NCBI GenBank assembly: GCA_965224195.1 | Contig: OZ245040.1 | Location: 384,001-448,000 of the forward strand | Source of the DNA: Nitrosopumilus sp. | Lineage (GTDB): Archaea > Thermoproteota > Nitrososphaeria > Nitrososphaerales > Nitrosopumilaceae | Length of the DNA: 64,000 bases | Reading direction: 5' to 3' | Part shown: one piece after another, positions 9,875 through 20,443 of the stretch | Layout of the letters: the number at the start of each line of letters is the position of its first letter | Position numbering within the stretch: the stretch's first letter is position 1 | Made by a program: the position numbers and the translations under genes | Notes under the pieces: generated by a model | What the model was told of the DNA's origin: nothing | Databases searched by the model: none | Seen by the model: only the letters and a program-made list of their open reading frames with translations

Positions 9875-11002
9875 CTACAAGGATGAATAAACATCAAGAA
9901 ATTTCTTGCCTATAATCTCCGGTGAAAAATTTTTAACAATATGTTTTTTAGCTAACGTTGACATTTTATTTCTTAATTCAATATCTGAGTATAATAATTC
10001 AATTTGTTTAGAAAGTTCTTTATAATCTCCTGCCAAAAATTGAAACCCTGTTTCACCATGAATAATAATTTCTTGGAGTCCTCCTATTTTACTTACTATT
10101 GTTGGAATTCCTAAACAACCAGATTCAGCTGCAGGCATTCCAAATGGTTCATAATTTGATGTCATGACAAAAACATCAGAATTAATTATATAGTCTTGAG
10201 GATTATTTTGAAAACCAATAAATTTGACATATTCTTCAATATTCTCATTTTTTACCAAGTTTTCTAATTCTTTTTTTAATTCACCGTCTCCTAAAATTAT
10301 CAATTTTGATTTTGGTTTTACCCTATGAACAAAATCTGAATATCCTTTAATTAGAATATCAATCCCTTTCACTTTTGTTAATCGCGCTGCAGTCATAACA
10401 ATAAATTCATTTTCACTTTTAATTGGAATGTTTAATGGTTTGATTTCATTTTGAAACTTTTTTGTGTCTATGGGATTATGAATTGTTATACTGTTTCTAA
10501 TATTATCTCTAGTTTGTATTTTCTTTGCTAACCAATTAGAGCAAGGACAAAAGATATCCACATATTTTTTGCAATTATGCCACAAAAATTTTGTTTTTAT
10601 TCTTGTTAAATAATTACTCTCTAATACTTCAAAAATAGGATCACCTTCCACTGTGAGAATTAATTTTTTATTTAATTTTTTAGTTTGTTTTCCAAGTACG
10701 TAGACAAGTTTTGGTAAATGAAGATGAACATATTCTATATTATTATTTTTTATTGTTTCTAAAGCAATTTTGGCTAATGTTTTCCAGTATTTAATGCCTG
10801 ATTCTTCTGATTTAATTATTTGAAGATTGGCACCTTCTGATTTAATTTTTTCAAGAAATATATCAAATTCATGGGGGGGTTTTGTTGCAACAACAAAAAC
10901 CTGAACATTATTTCTTAAAAGTCCAATAATTATGTTTAATGCAGCTATTGATGCACCCGTGATTCCTTGTTTTGATGGAATAACAAACAAAACTTTCATC
11001 AT
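9875..11002 (-). CDS. GT4 glycosyltransferase
   Basis: ARLTKVKG and EPFGMPAAESG motifs. Confidence 0.9.
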   Translation of the reverse strand: MMKVLFVIPSKQGITGASIAALNIIIGLLRNNVQVFVVATKPPHEFDIFLEKIKSEGANLQIIKSEESGIKYWKTLAKIALETIKNNNIEYVHLHLPKLVYVLGKQTKKLNKKLILTVEGDPIFEVLESNYLTRIKTKFLWHNCKKYVDIFCPCSNWLAKKIQTRDNIRNSITIHNPIDTKKFQNEIKPLNIPIKSENEFIVMTAARLTKVKGIDILIKGYSDFVHRVKPKSKLIILGDGELKKELENLVKNENIEEYVKFIGFQNNPQDYIINSDVFVMTSNYEPFGMPAAESGCLGIPTIVSKIGGLQEIIIHGETGFQFLAGDYKELSKQIELLYSDIELRNKMSTLAKKHIVKNFSPEIIGKKFLDVYSSL

Positions 11003-11060
11003 AATAGTGTCAGAATTTAATCCACGATATATAAAGTAGAAGTAACATGAAAATGTAAAC

Positions 11061-12245
11061 GTGAACCAACAAGATTTTCAAAGTTCTGAAATACATTTGC
11101 TAACTTTTGTTGATGTAATTAAAGGACTATCCTCACCAACACTACATTCACAATATTTTGATGAATATCTAAAATTATCAAAATATGTTGATTCTGTTCG
11201 TATCATATCATCAAATGTTTCTAATGTTCCGGAATTACCGAAAAATGTTGAAATCATAACTCCAAAAATTTCTAAAATTCCTAAAATTAGAGGAATTACA
11301 AAAATGTTAAATTATCTTATATCTTCAATAAAACTAAGAAAAAAAATTAATTTATTATATGTTAGAACCGTTTCTCCACCTGAAATTTTTACATCATGGA
11401 TAATGAGTTCATTTTTTAATATACCTTTAATCTTGCTCATTGGAGGAACTTGTGTTTATGAACCAATTACTTTTAAAAATCGAATCTTTCATTGGATTCT
11501 TGCAAGAACAATTAATTCATCAGAAAAAATTATTCTTTATTCTGATAGAATGATTCCTTTCATTGAGACTTTGTCAAAAAATATTCCAAGAAATAAATTT
11601 ATAATAATTAGAAATGCTGTTGACCCAGAAAGATTTAAACCACTTTCAAAAGATCCTAAACAATTTGAAAAATATAAAATTAATTCTAATGATAAAATAA
11701 TTTCATACGTTGGAAGAATTAGTGAAAAGAAGGGGGTTATTGATCTTTTAGAAGGTTCAAATTTGTCTAATCAAATTAATAAAATTAAAATTCTTCTTGC
11801 TGGAGTTTTAGATAAAAATTCTGAGGATTACTATAAAATTAATAAACTCTTAAAAAAACTAAATCTTGAAAATAAAGTGATAATTCAACAAATCCCCAAT
11901 AATGAACTATCTGAATTCCATTCATGTGCTGATGTTTTTGTTTATTTAACAAAACGATGTGAAGCTCTACCTAGAGCAATTCTTGAGGCAATGGCATGTG
12001 AAAAACCTATTCTAGCCTCACCTGTAGCAGGAATACCTGATGCCATTATTGATAATCAAACTGGATTTATTGTTAATAATCCTCATGAAGTTGCTGAAAA
12101 ATTGAATTTATTATTAGATGATGAAAATTTAAGAATTAAACTGGGACAAAATTGTAGAAAAAAAATCCTTAACGAATTTACTTATGATGTTACACTTCCT
12201 AAATTAGTGAAATTATTTCAAAAAATCATTAATACAAAATCTTAA
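11061..12245 (+). CDS. GT4 glycosyltransferase
   Basis: GRISEKKG and EALPRAILEAMA motifs. Confidence 0.9.
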   Translation: MNQQDFQSSEIHLLTFVDVIKGLSSPTLHSQYFDEYLKLSKYVDSVRIISSNVSNVPELPKNVEIITPKISKIPKIRGITKMLNYLISSIKLRKKINLLYVRTVSPPEIFTSWIMSSFFNIPLILLIGGTCVYEPITFKNRIFHWILARTINSSEKIILYSDRMIPFIETLSKNIPRNKFIIIRNAVDPERFKPLSKDPKQFEKYKINSNDKIISYVGRISEKKGVIDLLEGSNLSNQINKIKILLAGVLDKNSEDYYKINKLLKKLNLENKVIIQQIPNNELSEFHSCADVFVYLTKRCEALPRAILEAMACEKPILASPVAGIPDAIIDNQTGFIVNNPHEVAEKLNLLLDDENLRIKLGQNCRKKILNEFTYDVTLPKLVKLFQKIINTKS

Positions 12246-12269
12246 AAATCAAAATATGAGTTATAAATT

Positions 12270-12902
12270 ATGAAGGGAAAAATTTCTGCAATTAAGACTA
12301 TTTTAAATAATTTCTCTACTATTTACCATCCTTCTAAAATTCGATATTTACTAGATAAAGGATGGTATCTAAGTGTACAAAAAAAAATATCGATAAATAA
12401 AAATAATGAACCAATTCCATGGGTAACTTACCCTTTTCTTGATTTTATATATCCTAGATTACAAAAAAATTTTAAGATATTTGAATTTGGTTCTGGCAGT
12501 TCTACATTATGGTGGTCTAACAATATTTCAAAAGTTATATCATGCGAACATGATCTAAAATGGGTAAAAAAACTAAAACCTCTCCCTTCAAATGTAGAAA
12601 TTTTCCATAAAGATTTAAACAAAGGATATTCTGATTTTATTAAAACTTTTTCAAATGAATTTGATATAGTGGTGATTGATGGAAGAAAGAGAAATAAATG
12701 TATGAAAAATTGTATCCCTTCTCTAAAACAAGATGGAATTATAATTTTAGATGACAGTCATCGTGATTATTATGATGATGGAATTAATTATTTAATTTCT
12801 AATGAATTTAAAAAAATTGATTTTCATGGTATTGGCCCTATGTATTCAAAAGAAAAATGTACAAGTATTTTTTATAGAACAAAAAATATTCTAGATATTT
12901 AA
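12270..12902 (+). CDS. SAM-dependent methyltransferase (FkbM-like, glycan-associated)
   Basis: FEFGSGSST, SCEHD, DIVVIDG and LDD motifs. Confidence 0.8.
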   Translation: MKGKISAIKTILNNFSTIYHPSKIRYLLDKGWYLSVQKKISINKNNEPIPWVTYPFLDFIYPRLQKNFKIFEFGSGSSTLWWSNNISKVISCEHDLKWVKKLKPLPSNVEIFHKDLNKGYSDFIKTFSNEFDIVVIDGRKRNKCMKNCIPSLKQDGIIILDDSHRDYYDDGINYLISNEFKKIDFHGIGPMYSKEKCTSIFYRTKNILDI

Positions 12903-12909
12903 CAATAAT

Positions 12910-14259
12910 TTATAATGAATTCAAAATTGTCTTAGAATCTTTATCTTTATTTAATTTATTTTGGCAATCATATATTACTTTGATCAATGATTTTTTATAA
13001 ATATCTGAAATTCGAAATCTTGTTTTAGTATGATGCTGTACAACACATAAACAAGAAAATTTCTCTAGGTATTTATCATCATCAATATTATCAATAATTT
13101 CAAATTCTAATTGATTTAGATTATTTTCAATTAGGTATTTTTTTAATAATTCTGATTTGAAAAATGGATCGTATGCTGAAACCTTAAAACCATTATTCTT
13201 GAATTCTTGTGCTAATTTGAAACCTGGAGAATCCCGCATGTCTTCTATATCTGATTTGTATGCTAAACCTAAAATTATTACTGATTTTTCTATTGATAGT
13301 TGTACTAGTATTTTTTGAATATTGTTTACTATGGTCTTAGGAATATTCTGATTTATTGAAATAGCAGTATCGATCGTTTGAAAATCCATTGAAAATTGTC
13401 TGGCTGAATTTCTTAAAAAAATTGGATCTTTAGGTATACAATGACCTCCCACTCCAGCACTAGGATAAAATGGCATAAAACCAAATGGCTTAGTAGACGC
13501 TGCTTTGATTACATCATTAACATCAATCTTTAGATTGTTACAAAGTAATGCTAATTCATTTACCATAGAAATATTTACTAATCTAAATGCATTTTCATAT
13601 GATTTTACAACTTCTGCAATTTTTGGTGATTTGACCCTTATCAAATTTGCATGGTTAACATATTTGTAAATTGATTGTGAGATTCTAAACATGAATTCAT
13701 CAGAACAATAAATTATTCGTGGAATATTTTCTAGATTCCATTTTTTATTTTGAGGATCTATCCTTTCTGGACAAAAACCTAATCCAAAATCTTTTCCTAC
13801 TAAAAAACCTGATTTTTCTATAATTTTTCTTACATACTCCGTAGTTCCTACTTCAACACTGCTTTCAATTAAAATTCCGTCACCTTTTTTTGCAGTTGAT
13901 AAAAAACTTTGAACCGCTGATTCGACATAAATACTTGATTTAATTTTATCATTTGGAATGGGTGTGGGAACACAAATTATCCCCATTTTTGGTTTTTCAG
14001 TATATTTTGAAACAGCATTAAATTCTACTAATTCTTTTTCAAGTACTTGAAAAAATTCTATTTTCAAATTATTTTCTGATTCCAATAATTTTTTTGAATT
14101 AAGTCGATTAATCCTATCTTTGTCTACATCAATTCCTCTTACTCTATATCCACCTGATGCTAGTTTTACTAACAATGGAAATCCTACATAACCTAATCCA
14201 AAAATCTCAATCATGACGTCTTTCTGATTAAATCTTTTACAGCTATTTTCTAAGGACAT
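12910..14259 (-). CDS. Nucleotide-sugar (UDP-HexNAc) 6-dehydrogenase
   Basis: GLGYVG, CVPTP, PERIDP and GVGGHCIPKD motifs. Confidence 0.9.
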   Translation of the reverse strand: MSLENSCKRFNQKDVMIEIFGLGYVGFPLLVKLASGGYRVRGIDVDKDRINRLNSKKLLESENNLKIEFFQVLEKELVEFNAVSKYTEKPKMGIICVPTPIPNDKIKSSIYVESAVQSFLSTAKKGDGILIESSVEVGTTEYVRKIIEKSGFLVGKDFGLGFCPERIDPQNKKWNLENIPRIIYCSDEFMFRISQSIYKYVNHANLIRVKSPKIAEVVKSYENAFRLVNISMVNELALLCNNLKIDVNDVIKAASTKPFGFMPFYPSAGVGGHCIPKDPIFLRNSARQFSMDFQTIDTAISINQNIPKTIVNNIQKILVQLSIEKSVIILGLAYKSDIEDMRDSPGFKLAQEFKNNGFKVSAYDPFFKSELLKKYLIENNLNQLEFEIIDNIDDDKYLEKFSCLCVVQHHTKTRFRISDIYKKSLIKVIYDCQNKLNKDKDSKTILNSL

Positions 14260-14351
14260 ATTTTACATTCAAACGTTACCTTAATCTATATACATATTTT
14301 GTAAGTTATTTTTGTTCTTTTATATTATTCCTGATTATCTGATAGTAAAAT

Positions 14352-15509
14352 ATGAATTTGAAAACTAATAATACTGAAGAAAGACAATTCCTTAAAATGA
14401 ACAATTCACGACTGTTAACCTTTGTCACCAATTTCTCTAGTCATGGGATAGCAGGTTTAGAATCACAAATTTATGAAGAGTATGTTAGATTATCAAAACA
14501 AAATTCTATGATAATAATTACTGAGAATACTGATGTTGATTCAAACAATAATTTAAAAATAATTAAAGTTTCAAAAATTTCTATTCCAAAATTTAGAGGA
14601 ATTTTTAAAATTTTACAGTATGTTTTTTCAACATTAAGAAATAGCAAAAATTTTGATACAATTTATGTGAGAACTTTTTCACCTCCAGAACTTTTATCTG
14701 CAATATTTGCAAAAAAATTTTTAAAAAAAAAAGTTATTTTTTTAATTCCTGGAACTTGGATTTTTGTAGGAAAAAATTTTAAAAATAAATTACAAAGAAA
14801 AATCTTTCAAACTCTTTCACATAATTCAGATATTTTAATTTTATATTCAAAATTAATAATACCTGAAATTACTTCACTAATAGGACCTATTAATGAATCA
14901 AAAATTTCTATTATAAGAAATTCTATAGATGCATTGAAATTTTTACCTGTTAAACTGAGCGAAGAAAATTCCTTATTATATGTCGGCAGAATTCATCCCT
15001 TAAAACAAATTGATGATATTATCTATGCCATTGCATTAGTCAATAAAGTAATACCTAATGTAAAATTGAAAATTGTAGGAAAAGTTCAATCAATTGAATA
15101 TTATAAATTTCTTAATGATTTGATTCTTAAATTAGGTTGTAAAGAAAATATAGATTTTGTTGGACCAATCCCTAATGAAAAAATAGTTGATTTTTACAAT
15201 CGTGCACAAATTTTTATTTTAATGGGAAAAAATGAAGGCATTCCAAGATCTATTTTAGAAGCAATGGCATGTGAAAAAGCTGTTATTGCAGCAGCAAATT
15301 CAGGAATACCTGATGTTATAAAACATAACGAAAATGGAATTTTAGTAGAAAATTCAAAATATGAACAATTATCACAAGAAATAATTTCTTTATTACAAAA
15401 TGATCAAAAACGAAAAAAATTAGGTGTTAATGCACGTAAAACAATTATTGATGATTTTAATTGGAATTTATTTGTGAAAAAAATGAATTCTATTTTTAAT
15501 TCAATTTAG
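14352..15509 (+). CDS. GT4 glycosyltransferase
   Basis: GRIHPLKQ and EGIPRSILEAMA motifs. Confidence 0.9.
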   Translation: MNLKTNNTEERQFLKMNNSRLLTFVTNFSSHGIAGLESQIYEEYVRLSKQNSMIIITENTDVDSNNNLKIIKVSKISIPKFRGIFKILQYVFSTLRNSKNFDTIYVRTFSPPELLSAIFAKKFLKKKVIFLIPGTWIFVGKNFKNKLQRKIFQTLSHNSDILILYSKLIIPEITSLIGPINESKISIIRNSIDALKFLPVKLSEENSLLYVGRIHPLKQIDDIIYAIALVNKVIPNVKLKIVGKVQSIEYYKFLNDLILKLGCKENIDFVGPIPNEKIVDFYNRAQIFILMGKNEGIPRSILEAMACEKAVIAAANSGIPDVIKHNENGILVENSKYEQLSQEIISLLQNDQKRKKLGVNARKTIIDDFNWNLFVKKMNSIFNSI

Positions 15510-16611
15510 CATCAGAAATAATTTTATCATAAAATTTTATTAACTTTTCCTCTTGTTTCCAAAATTCAAATTTGTTTAACATTAATTCTCTTCCGATAAT
15601 TCCCATTTTCGTTCTTGTTTCTTTATCCTTAAGTAATTTTACAATTGTTTCAGCTAAAATTTCTGGGTTTTTAGATGGAAGTAAAATTGCGCTTTCATTT
15701 GAAACAGCTTCTGGAATTCCTCCAATATTTGTTGCAATTACTGCTTTTCCAGAAGCTTGTGCTTCTAGAATTACCCTTCCCATAGATTCAACATAAGATG
15801 GATGAACAAACAGATCACATGCAGCAAAATATTTTGGTAAATCATTGTATGGTACATTTCCACATAAAATTACATTTTTTTCAACACCTGATTTTTTAAT
15901 CTGCTTAAGTAATTCTTCTTCTTTTTCTCCATCACCAATGATTACAAATTTTATATTATCTAGAGATTTTTTCACAATTTTTACTGAATTTATTAATGTA
16001 TCAAATCCTTTTATCGCAATCAATGATCCAATTGAAATTACCATGTAATCTTTAATTTCAAATTTTTCTCTTATTTCATTTCCATTAATATTTACATTAA
16101 AGTGATTACAGTCTACTCTATCTTCAATAATTTCAATTTTTTCAGGTTTAATTCCCCAACTAACTATCGTTTCTTTTACAATGTTACTATTAGCTCTAAT
16201 TTTAGTGGCGTTTGAACAAACAAATTTTTTCATTAAAGATTGAATTTTTCCTACTGTGAATTTATAACCATGAACACTTATCAAAACAGGTTTTTGAATA
16301 ATTTTCCCTGCTATCACACATAGTAACCCTGCAACAAAAGGATTTTGTGCTATAATTAAATCAAAATTCTTTCCATTTTTTATTATACTAAAAAATAAAC
16401 TAATTAAACTTGGAACTAAAAATACCGTTAAATTTTTCCTTCTAATACATTTATGATGTTTTTCCTTTGATTGAAAAATGACTGCATTTTCTGTCATTAA
16501 TTCTGACATTGATTCGAAATGAATCAAATCATATCCTGTTTTTAACTCTAATAATTCGTCACTGATGAAACGTCTTGCAACATGAAGTGCCTTAATAGAA
16601 AATTTCTCCAT
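15496..16611 (-). CDS. GT4 glycosyltransferase
   Basis: GSLIAIKG and ESMGRVILEAQA motifs. Confidence 0.9.
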   Translation of the reverse strand: MEKFSIKALHVARRFISDELLELKTGYDLIHFESMSELMTENAVIFQSKEKHHKCIRRKNLTVFLVPSLISLFFSIIKNGKNFDLIIAQNPFVAGLLCVIAGKIIQKPVLISVHGYKFTVGKIQSLMKKFVCSNATKIRANSNIVKETIVSWGIKPEKIEIIEDRVDCNHFNVNINGNEIREKFEIKDYMVISIGSLIAIKGFDTLINSVKIVKKSLDNIKFVIIGDGEKEEELLKQIKKSGVEKNVILCGNVPYNDLPKYFAACDLFVHPSYVESMGRVILEAQASGKAVIATNIGGIPEAVSNESAILLPSKNPEILAETIVKLLKDKETRTKMGIIGRELMLNKFEFWKQEEKLIKFYDKIISDAKLN

Positions 16612-16739
16612 TTATTTTTCCTCCATTTTGATTTTTTGAGTGTTCAATTTAATCGTATTTTTTATTTATAAATTAAAAATTCGTTATGGAATAATTTACG
16701 ATTGAAAGGTTAATTTAATTCAATTTTTAAAAGATTTTA

Positions 16740-17690
16740 TTGATTCTTAAAGACTCAAAAATTTTGGTCACTGGAGCTGCTGGATTCATTGGCTCAACAT
16801 TGGTAAATAAACTCTTAGAAATGAATTGTGATGTCATTGGTTATGATACTTTTTCTGATTATTATGAAGGTAAAGAAGCAAATCTAGATGTTTTTTCTTC
16901 AAATTCAAAATTCAGATTAATTAAAGATGATATTCTAAATTTTGAAGGATTATTGCATGCTACTGAAGGAGTAGATATAATCTTTCATATTGCTGCTCAA
17001 CCTGGAGTACGTTTTTCTTTAGAAAAACCCACAATCACAAACAGAATTAATACTGAAGGTACGTTAAATGTTTTACAAGCATCTGTAAAAAATGATGTTA
17101 AAAAAATTATCAATGCATCATCATCATCAATTTATGGAAATCCACAATACACTCCTGTTGATGAAAATCATCCAAAAATACCAATCTCAATTTATGGTGT
17201 ATCAAAATTAGCTGCTGAAAATTATTGTAGAATTTATCATGAGATGTATGATAAGAACATTGTTTCATTACGTTATCACACGGTCTATGGTCCAAAAGGT
17301 AGACCTGATATGGCCGTCTTTAAATGGATTGATTCATTATTTAATAATCAAAAAATTACAATATTTGGTGATGGGAATCAAACACGGGATATGACTTTTG
17401 TAAATGATATTGTAGATGGTACCATTAAAGCTGCTGAACATGATAATGTATCTGGTGATGTTTTTAATTTATCTAGTGGCCGAACTGTAACTATGAATTA
17501 CATTTTAGAACAATTAGTTTCTATTATTGGGATTACTCCATCCATTGAATATCAAAAACCAAGAGATGATGATGCAAAAGATACTTACGGAAATATAGAA
17601 AAAGCAAAAAAAATCCTTGATTATATACCACAGACATCTGTAGAAGAAGGATTGAGATTAACAGTTAATTGGTATAAAAAATATTTTTAA
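16740..17690 (+). CDS. NAD-dependent epimerase (UDP-glucuronate 4-epimerase-like)
   Basis: TGAAGFIG, AAQPGVRFS, YGVSK and GRPDMA motifs. Confidence 0.88.
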   Translation: MILKDSKILVTGAAGFIGSTLVNKLLEMNCDVIGYDTFSDYYEGKEANLDVFSSNSKFRLIKDDILNFEGLLHATEGVDIIFHIAAQPGVRFSLEKPTITNRINTEGTLNVLQASVKNDVKKIINASSSSIYGNPQYTPVDENHPKIPISIYGVSKLAAENYCRIYHEMYDKNIVSLRYHTVYGPKGRPDMAVFKWIDSLFNNQKITIFGDGNQTRDMTFVNDIVDGTIKAAEHDNVSGDVFNLSSGRTVTMNYILEQLVSIIGITPSIEYQKPRDDDAKDTYGNIEKAKKILDYIPQTSVEEGLRLTVNWYKKYF

Positions 17691-17724
17691 ATAAATAAAA
17701 TTATCAAAAATCTATTACATTAAA

Positions 17725-18888
17725 TTAATTATTTATTTTTGAAATAATTTCTATAATTAAATTTGCACGTTTATCTAGTGTATATTTTTCTGAATCTTTT
17801 TTTGCATTTTTAGCAATTTTCTCCATGATTTTTTTATTATCAATTAAATTGTCAATTTGCTCTGCTAAATTTTTAGGAGATTCTGGATCAAATAGAATAC
17901 CGTTCTCTAAATTATGGATTACCTCTTTTATCCATGGCAATTCTGGTGCAAGAATAGGCTTTCCTACTGCTAAATATTCTAAGAGTTTTAGTGGTGCAAA
18001 AGAACTCAACCCTTTAATTTTTTTAATGGGGGGAGTATACATTACTAGAATATCTGACGCATTAAGATAATCTGGAATTATTTTATGTGGTATACGAGGC
18101 TGAAAATGAATCTTTTCACTATTAAATTTTTTTCTAAGTTTACTAATTTCATTTTCTGTCCCACCAACAATGACAAATTTTACATTTTTAGTTATATATT
18201 TACATGATTCAAGAATAAATTCTGTTGATTTCCATTCCGCAAGAGATCCTGTATATGTAATCAATAATTCATTATTATTTTTTAATTTTTTTCTTATCAT
18301 TGAAATACTTTCAGTGTTAAAATTTGAGAACAATTTCTTATCATATCCAGTATGAACGTAAAATTTTTCTTCTATCTTTACTCCTAATTCTTTAACTGCT
18401 AATCTGAGATAATCACTAATTGTTATTATTGCATCAAACTTTTCAAAAAAATCTTTAGATTCATTTGGTCTTGGCAATTGATGAAGTTCATAAATTAAAT
18501 GGAATTTTAATGACTTTTTAAATATTACAAAAATTTTTGCAAGAAAAGGTTCTCTTATCAAAACAAACTTTTCTGTATCTTTATCATTTTTTATCAATTT
18601 CATACAAGATAATGCAAAAAAAGATACCATCAAAATAAAAGCAAATTTCTGAAACATTGGGTTTTTAGAAAAATTTAGTAATGATATTGTAAATAACCAA
18701 TGAATTGGAAATTTTGTCAAAATCCCATAATCATTCATTTTTACATTTTTTGTTTTATCTTTTCTTTTGGGAGTAAGTAACTCTACATTACAACCATTCT
18801 TTTTCAATGCTTCACAATTCTTTAAAATTGCAATTGATTCAGCCTTTTCACCTGGAATTCTTGCTGATGTAAGAACAAATAATTTCAA
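17725..18888 (-). CDS. GT4 glycosyltransferase
   Basis: YTGSLAEWK and PLKLLEYLA motifs. Confidence 0.88.
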   Translation of the reverse strand: MKLFVLTSARIPGEKAESIAILKNCEALKKNGCNVELLTPKRKDKTKNVKMNDYGILTKFPIHWLFTISLLNFSKNPMFQKFAFILMVSFFALSCMKLIKNDKDTEKFVLIREPFLAKIFVIFKKSLKFHLIYELHQLPRPNESKDFFEKFDAIITISDYLRLAVKELGVKIEEKFYVHTGYDKKLFSNFNTESISMIRKKLKNNNELLITYTGSLAEWKSTEFILESCKYITKNVKFVIVGGTENEISKLRKKFNSEKIHFQPRIPHKIIPDYLNASDILVMYTPPIKKIKGLSSFAPLKLLEYLAVGKPILAPELPWIKEVIHNLENGILFDPESPKNLAEQIDNLIDNKKIMEKIAKNAKKDSEKYTLDKRANLIIEIISKINN

Positions 18889-18985
18889 TAATTTAATGTG
18901 AATTAGTTCCTAACCTTATATTCTTCGGTTTCATAAAATTTGAATTCATATTTTTTTCTTATTTTGTATCTATGACGTATTTTTA

Positions 18986-20389
18986 TTGGTTTCTTTAAAT
19001 AACGTAAACAAAAATAATCTTTTATTGAAAGTTTGTGTATTGGGATTAGGTTATGTGGGATTAACTTTAGCTTTGAGTTTAGCAGATAATGGTGTAAAAG
19101 TACTTGGATTAGATAATAACGCTAAAACTATTTTAACATTAAGAAAAGGAATTTCAACAGTATCTGAAAAAAATATTGAAAATATTCTTGAAAAACATTT
19201 AAATAAAAATTTTAAAGTTGAAGATTCTTTAAAATTTAACAATGAAAATCCGACAGAATTTAATTCATTTGATACTAACGATTTTTTTGATGCGTTTTTG
19301 ATATGTGTTGGTACGCCATTAGATGATAATAACAATCCCATGCTGAATCATGTTATTGCTGCATCAAAACAAGTTGGCTCAATTATTAAAAAGAATAGTA
19401 TGGTGATATTAAGATCTACAATTCCAATAGGAACTACTAGAAATACAATTAAACCAATTATAGAAGAAATATCTGGGCTAGTAGCTGGGAAAGATTTCTC
19501 ACTTGTTTTTGCACCAGAACGAACTATTGAAGGAGCTGCATTATCTGAACTCAAATCAAACCCTCAAATCATTGGATCTTTAACCTCTGATGGAATTGAA
19601 AAGGCTAGCACTCTGTTCATGAAACTCACTCCAACAATTGTCCCTGTATCAAATCTTGAAACTGCTGAAATGATAAAATTAATTGATAATACTTATCGTG
19701 ACGTGCATTTTGCATTTTCTAATGAACTAGCATTAATTTGTGAAAATCTAAATTTAAATGTCTATGAATGTATTCAAAAAGCAAATTATGACTATTCAAG
19801 AAACAATATCCCTGTACCTAGTCCTGGAGTAGGGGGCCCATGTCTTTCAAAAGATCCAATAATTCTCAAATATTCTACAAATGAACATGGATATAATCCT
19901 GAGATAATAACTCATAGTCGTTTGGTTAATCAATATCTGCCATCATTTTTAGCACAAAAAATTATAAAAAAACTTGATCTACATCAAAAAAATAAGCAAA
20001 CTACAAAAATCTTTATTCTGGGTTTTGCATTTAAAGGAAAACCAGAAACTTCTGATATTAGAAATTCCCCTACAATCACTCTTGTAAATGAATTAAAAAA
20101 TACTTTTTCTGAAAATGTTCTATATGGTTATGATCCTTTAGTTCCAATTGATGAGATTGAGCAACTAGGTGTAAAATATTGTAATGTTGATGAAGGATTT
20201 AAGAATGCTGACTGTGTTGTTATTATGAATAATAATGACTCATTTCTTTCGTTGGATTTATCAAAATTATTAGAAACTTCTTCAAAATCAATTATATTTG
20301 TAGATTGTTGGTATATGTTTAAAGATTCTATTTCTAAAATTAATTTCCCTGACCAAAAAATTATCTATACTGGAATCGGCTTTGATTAG
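18986..20389 (+). CDS. Nucleotide-sugar dehydrogenase (WecC-like)
   Basis: GLGYVG, CVGTP, PERTIEG and GVGGPCLSKD motifs. Confidence 0.9.
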   Translation: MVSLNNVNKNNLLLKVCVLGLGYVGLTLALSLADNGVKVLGLDNNAKTILTLRKGISTVSEKNIENILEKHLNKNFKVEDSLKFNNENPTEFNSFDTNDFFDAFLICVGTPLDDNNNPMLNHVIAASKQVGSIIKKNSMVILRSTIPIGTTRNTIKPIIEEISGLVAGKDFSLVFAPERTIEGAALSELKSNPQIIGSLTSDGIEKASTLFMKLTPTIVPVSNLETAEMIKLIDNTYRDVHFAFSNELALICENLNLNVYECIQKANYDYSRNNIPVPSPGVGGPCLSKDPIILKYSTNEHGYNPEIITHSRLVNQYLPSFLAQKIIKKLDLHQKNKQTTKIFILGFAFKGKPETSDIRNSPTITLVNELKNTFSENVLYGYDPLVPIDEIEQLGVKYCNVDEGFKNADCVVIMNNNDSFLSLDLSKLLETSSKSIIFVDCWYMFKDSISKINFPDQKIIYTGIGFD

Positions 20390-20443
20390 AATTGATCAAT
20401 AATTTAAATAAATATAATTATATGATAATTGTAAATTCTTTTA

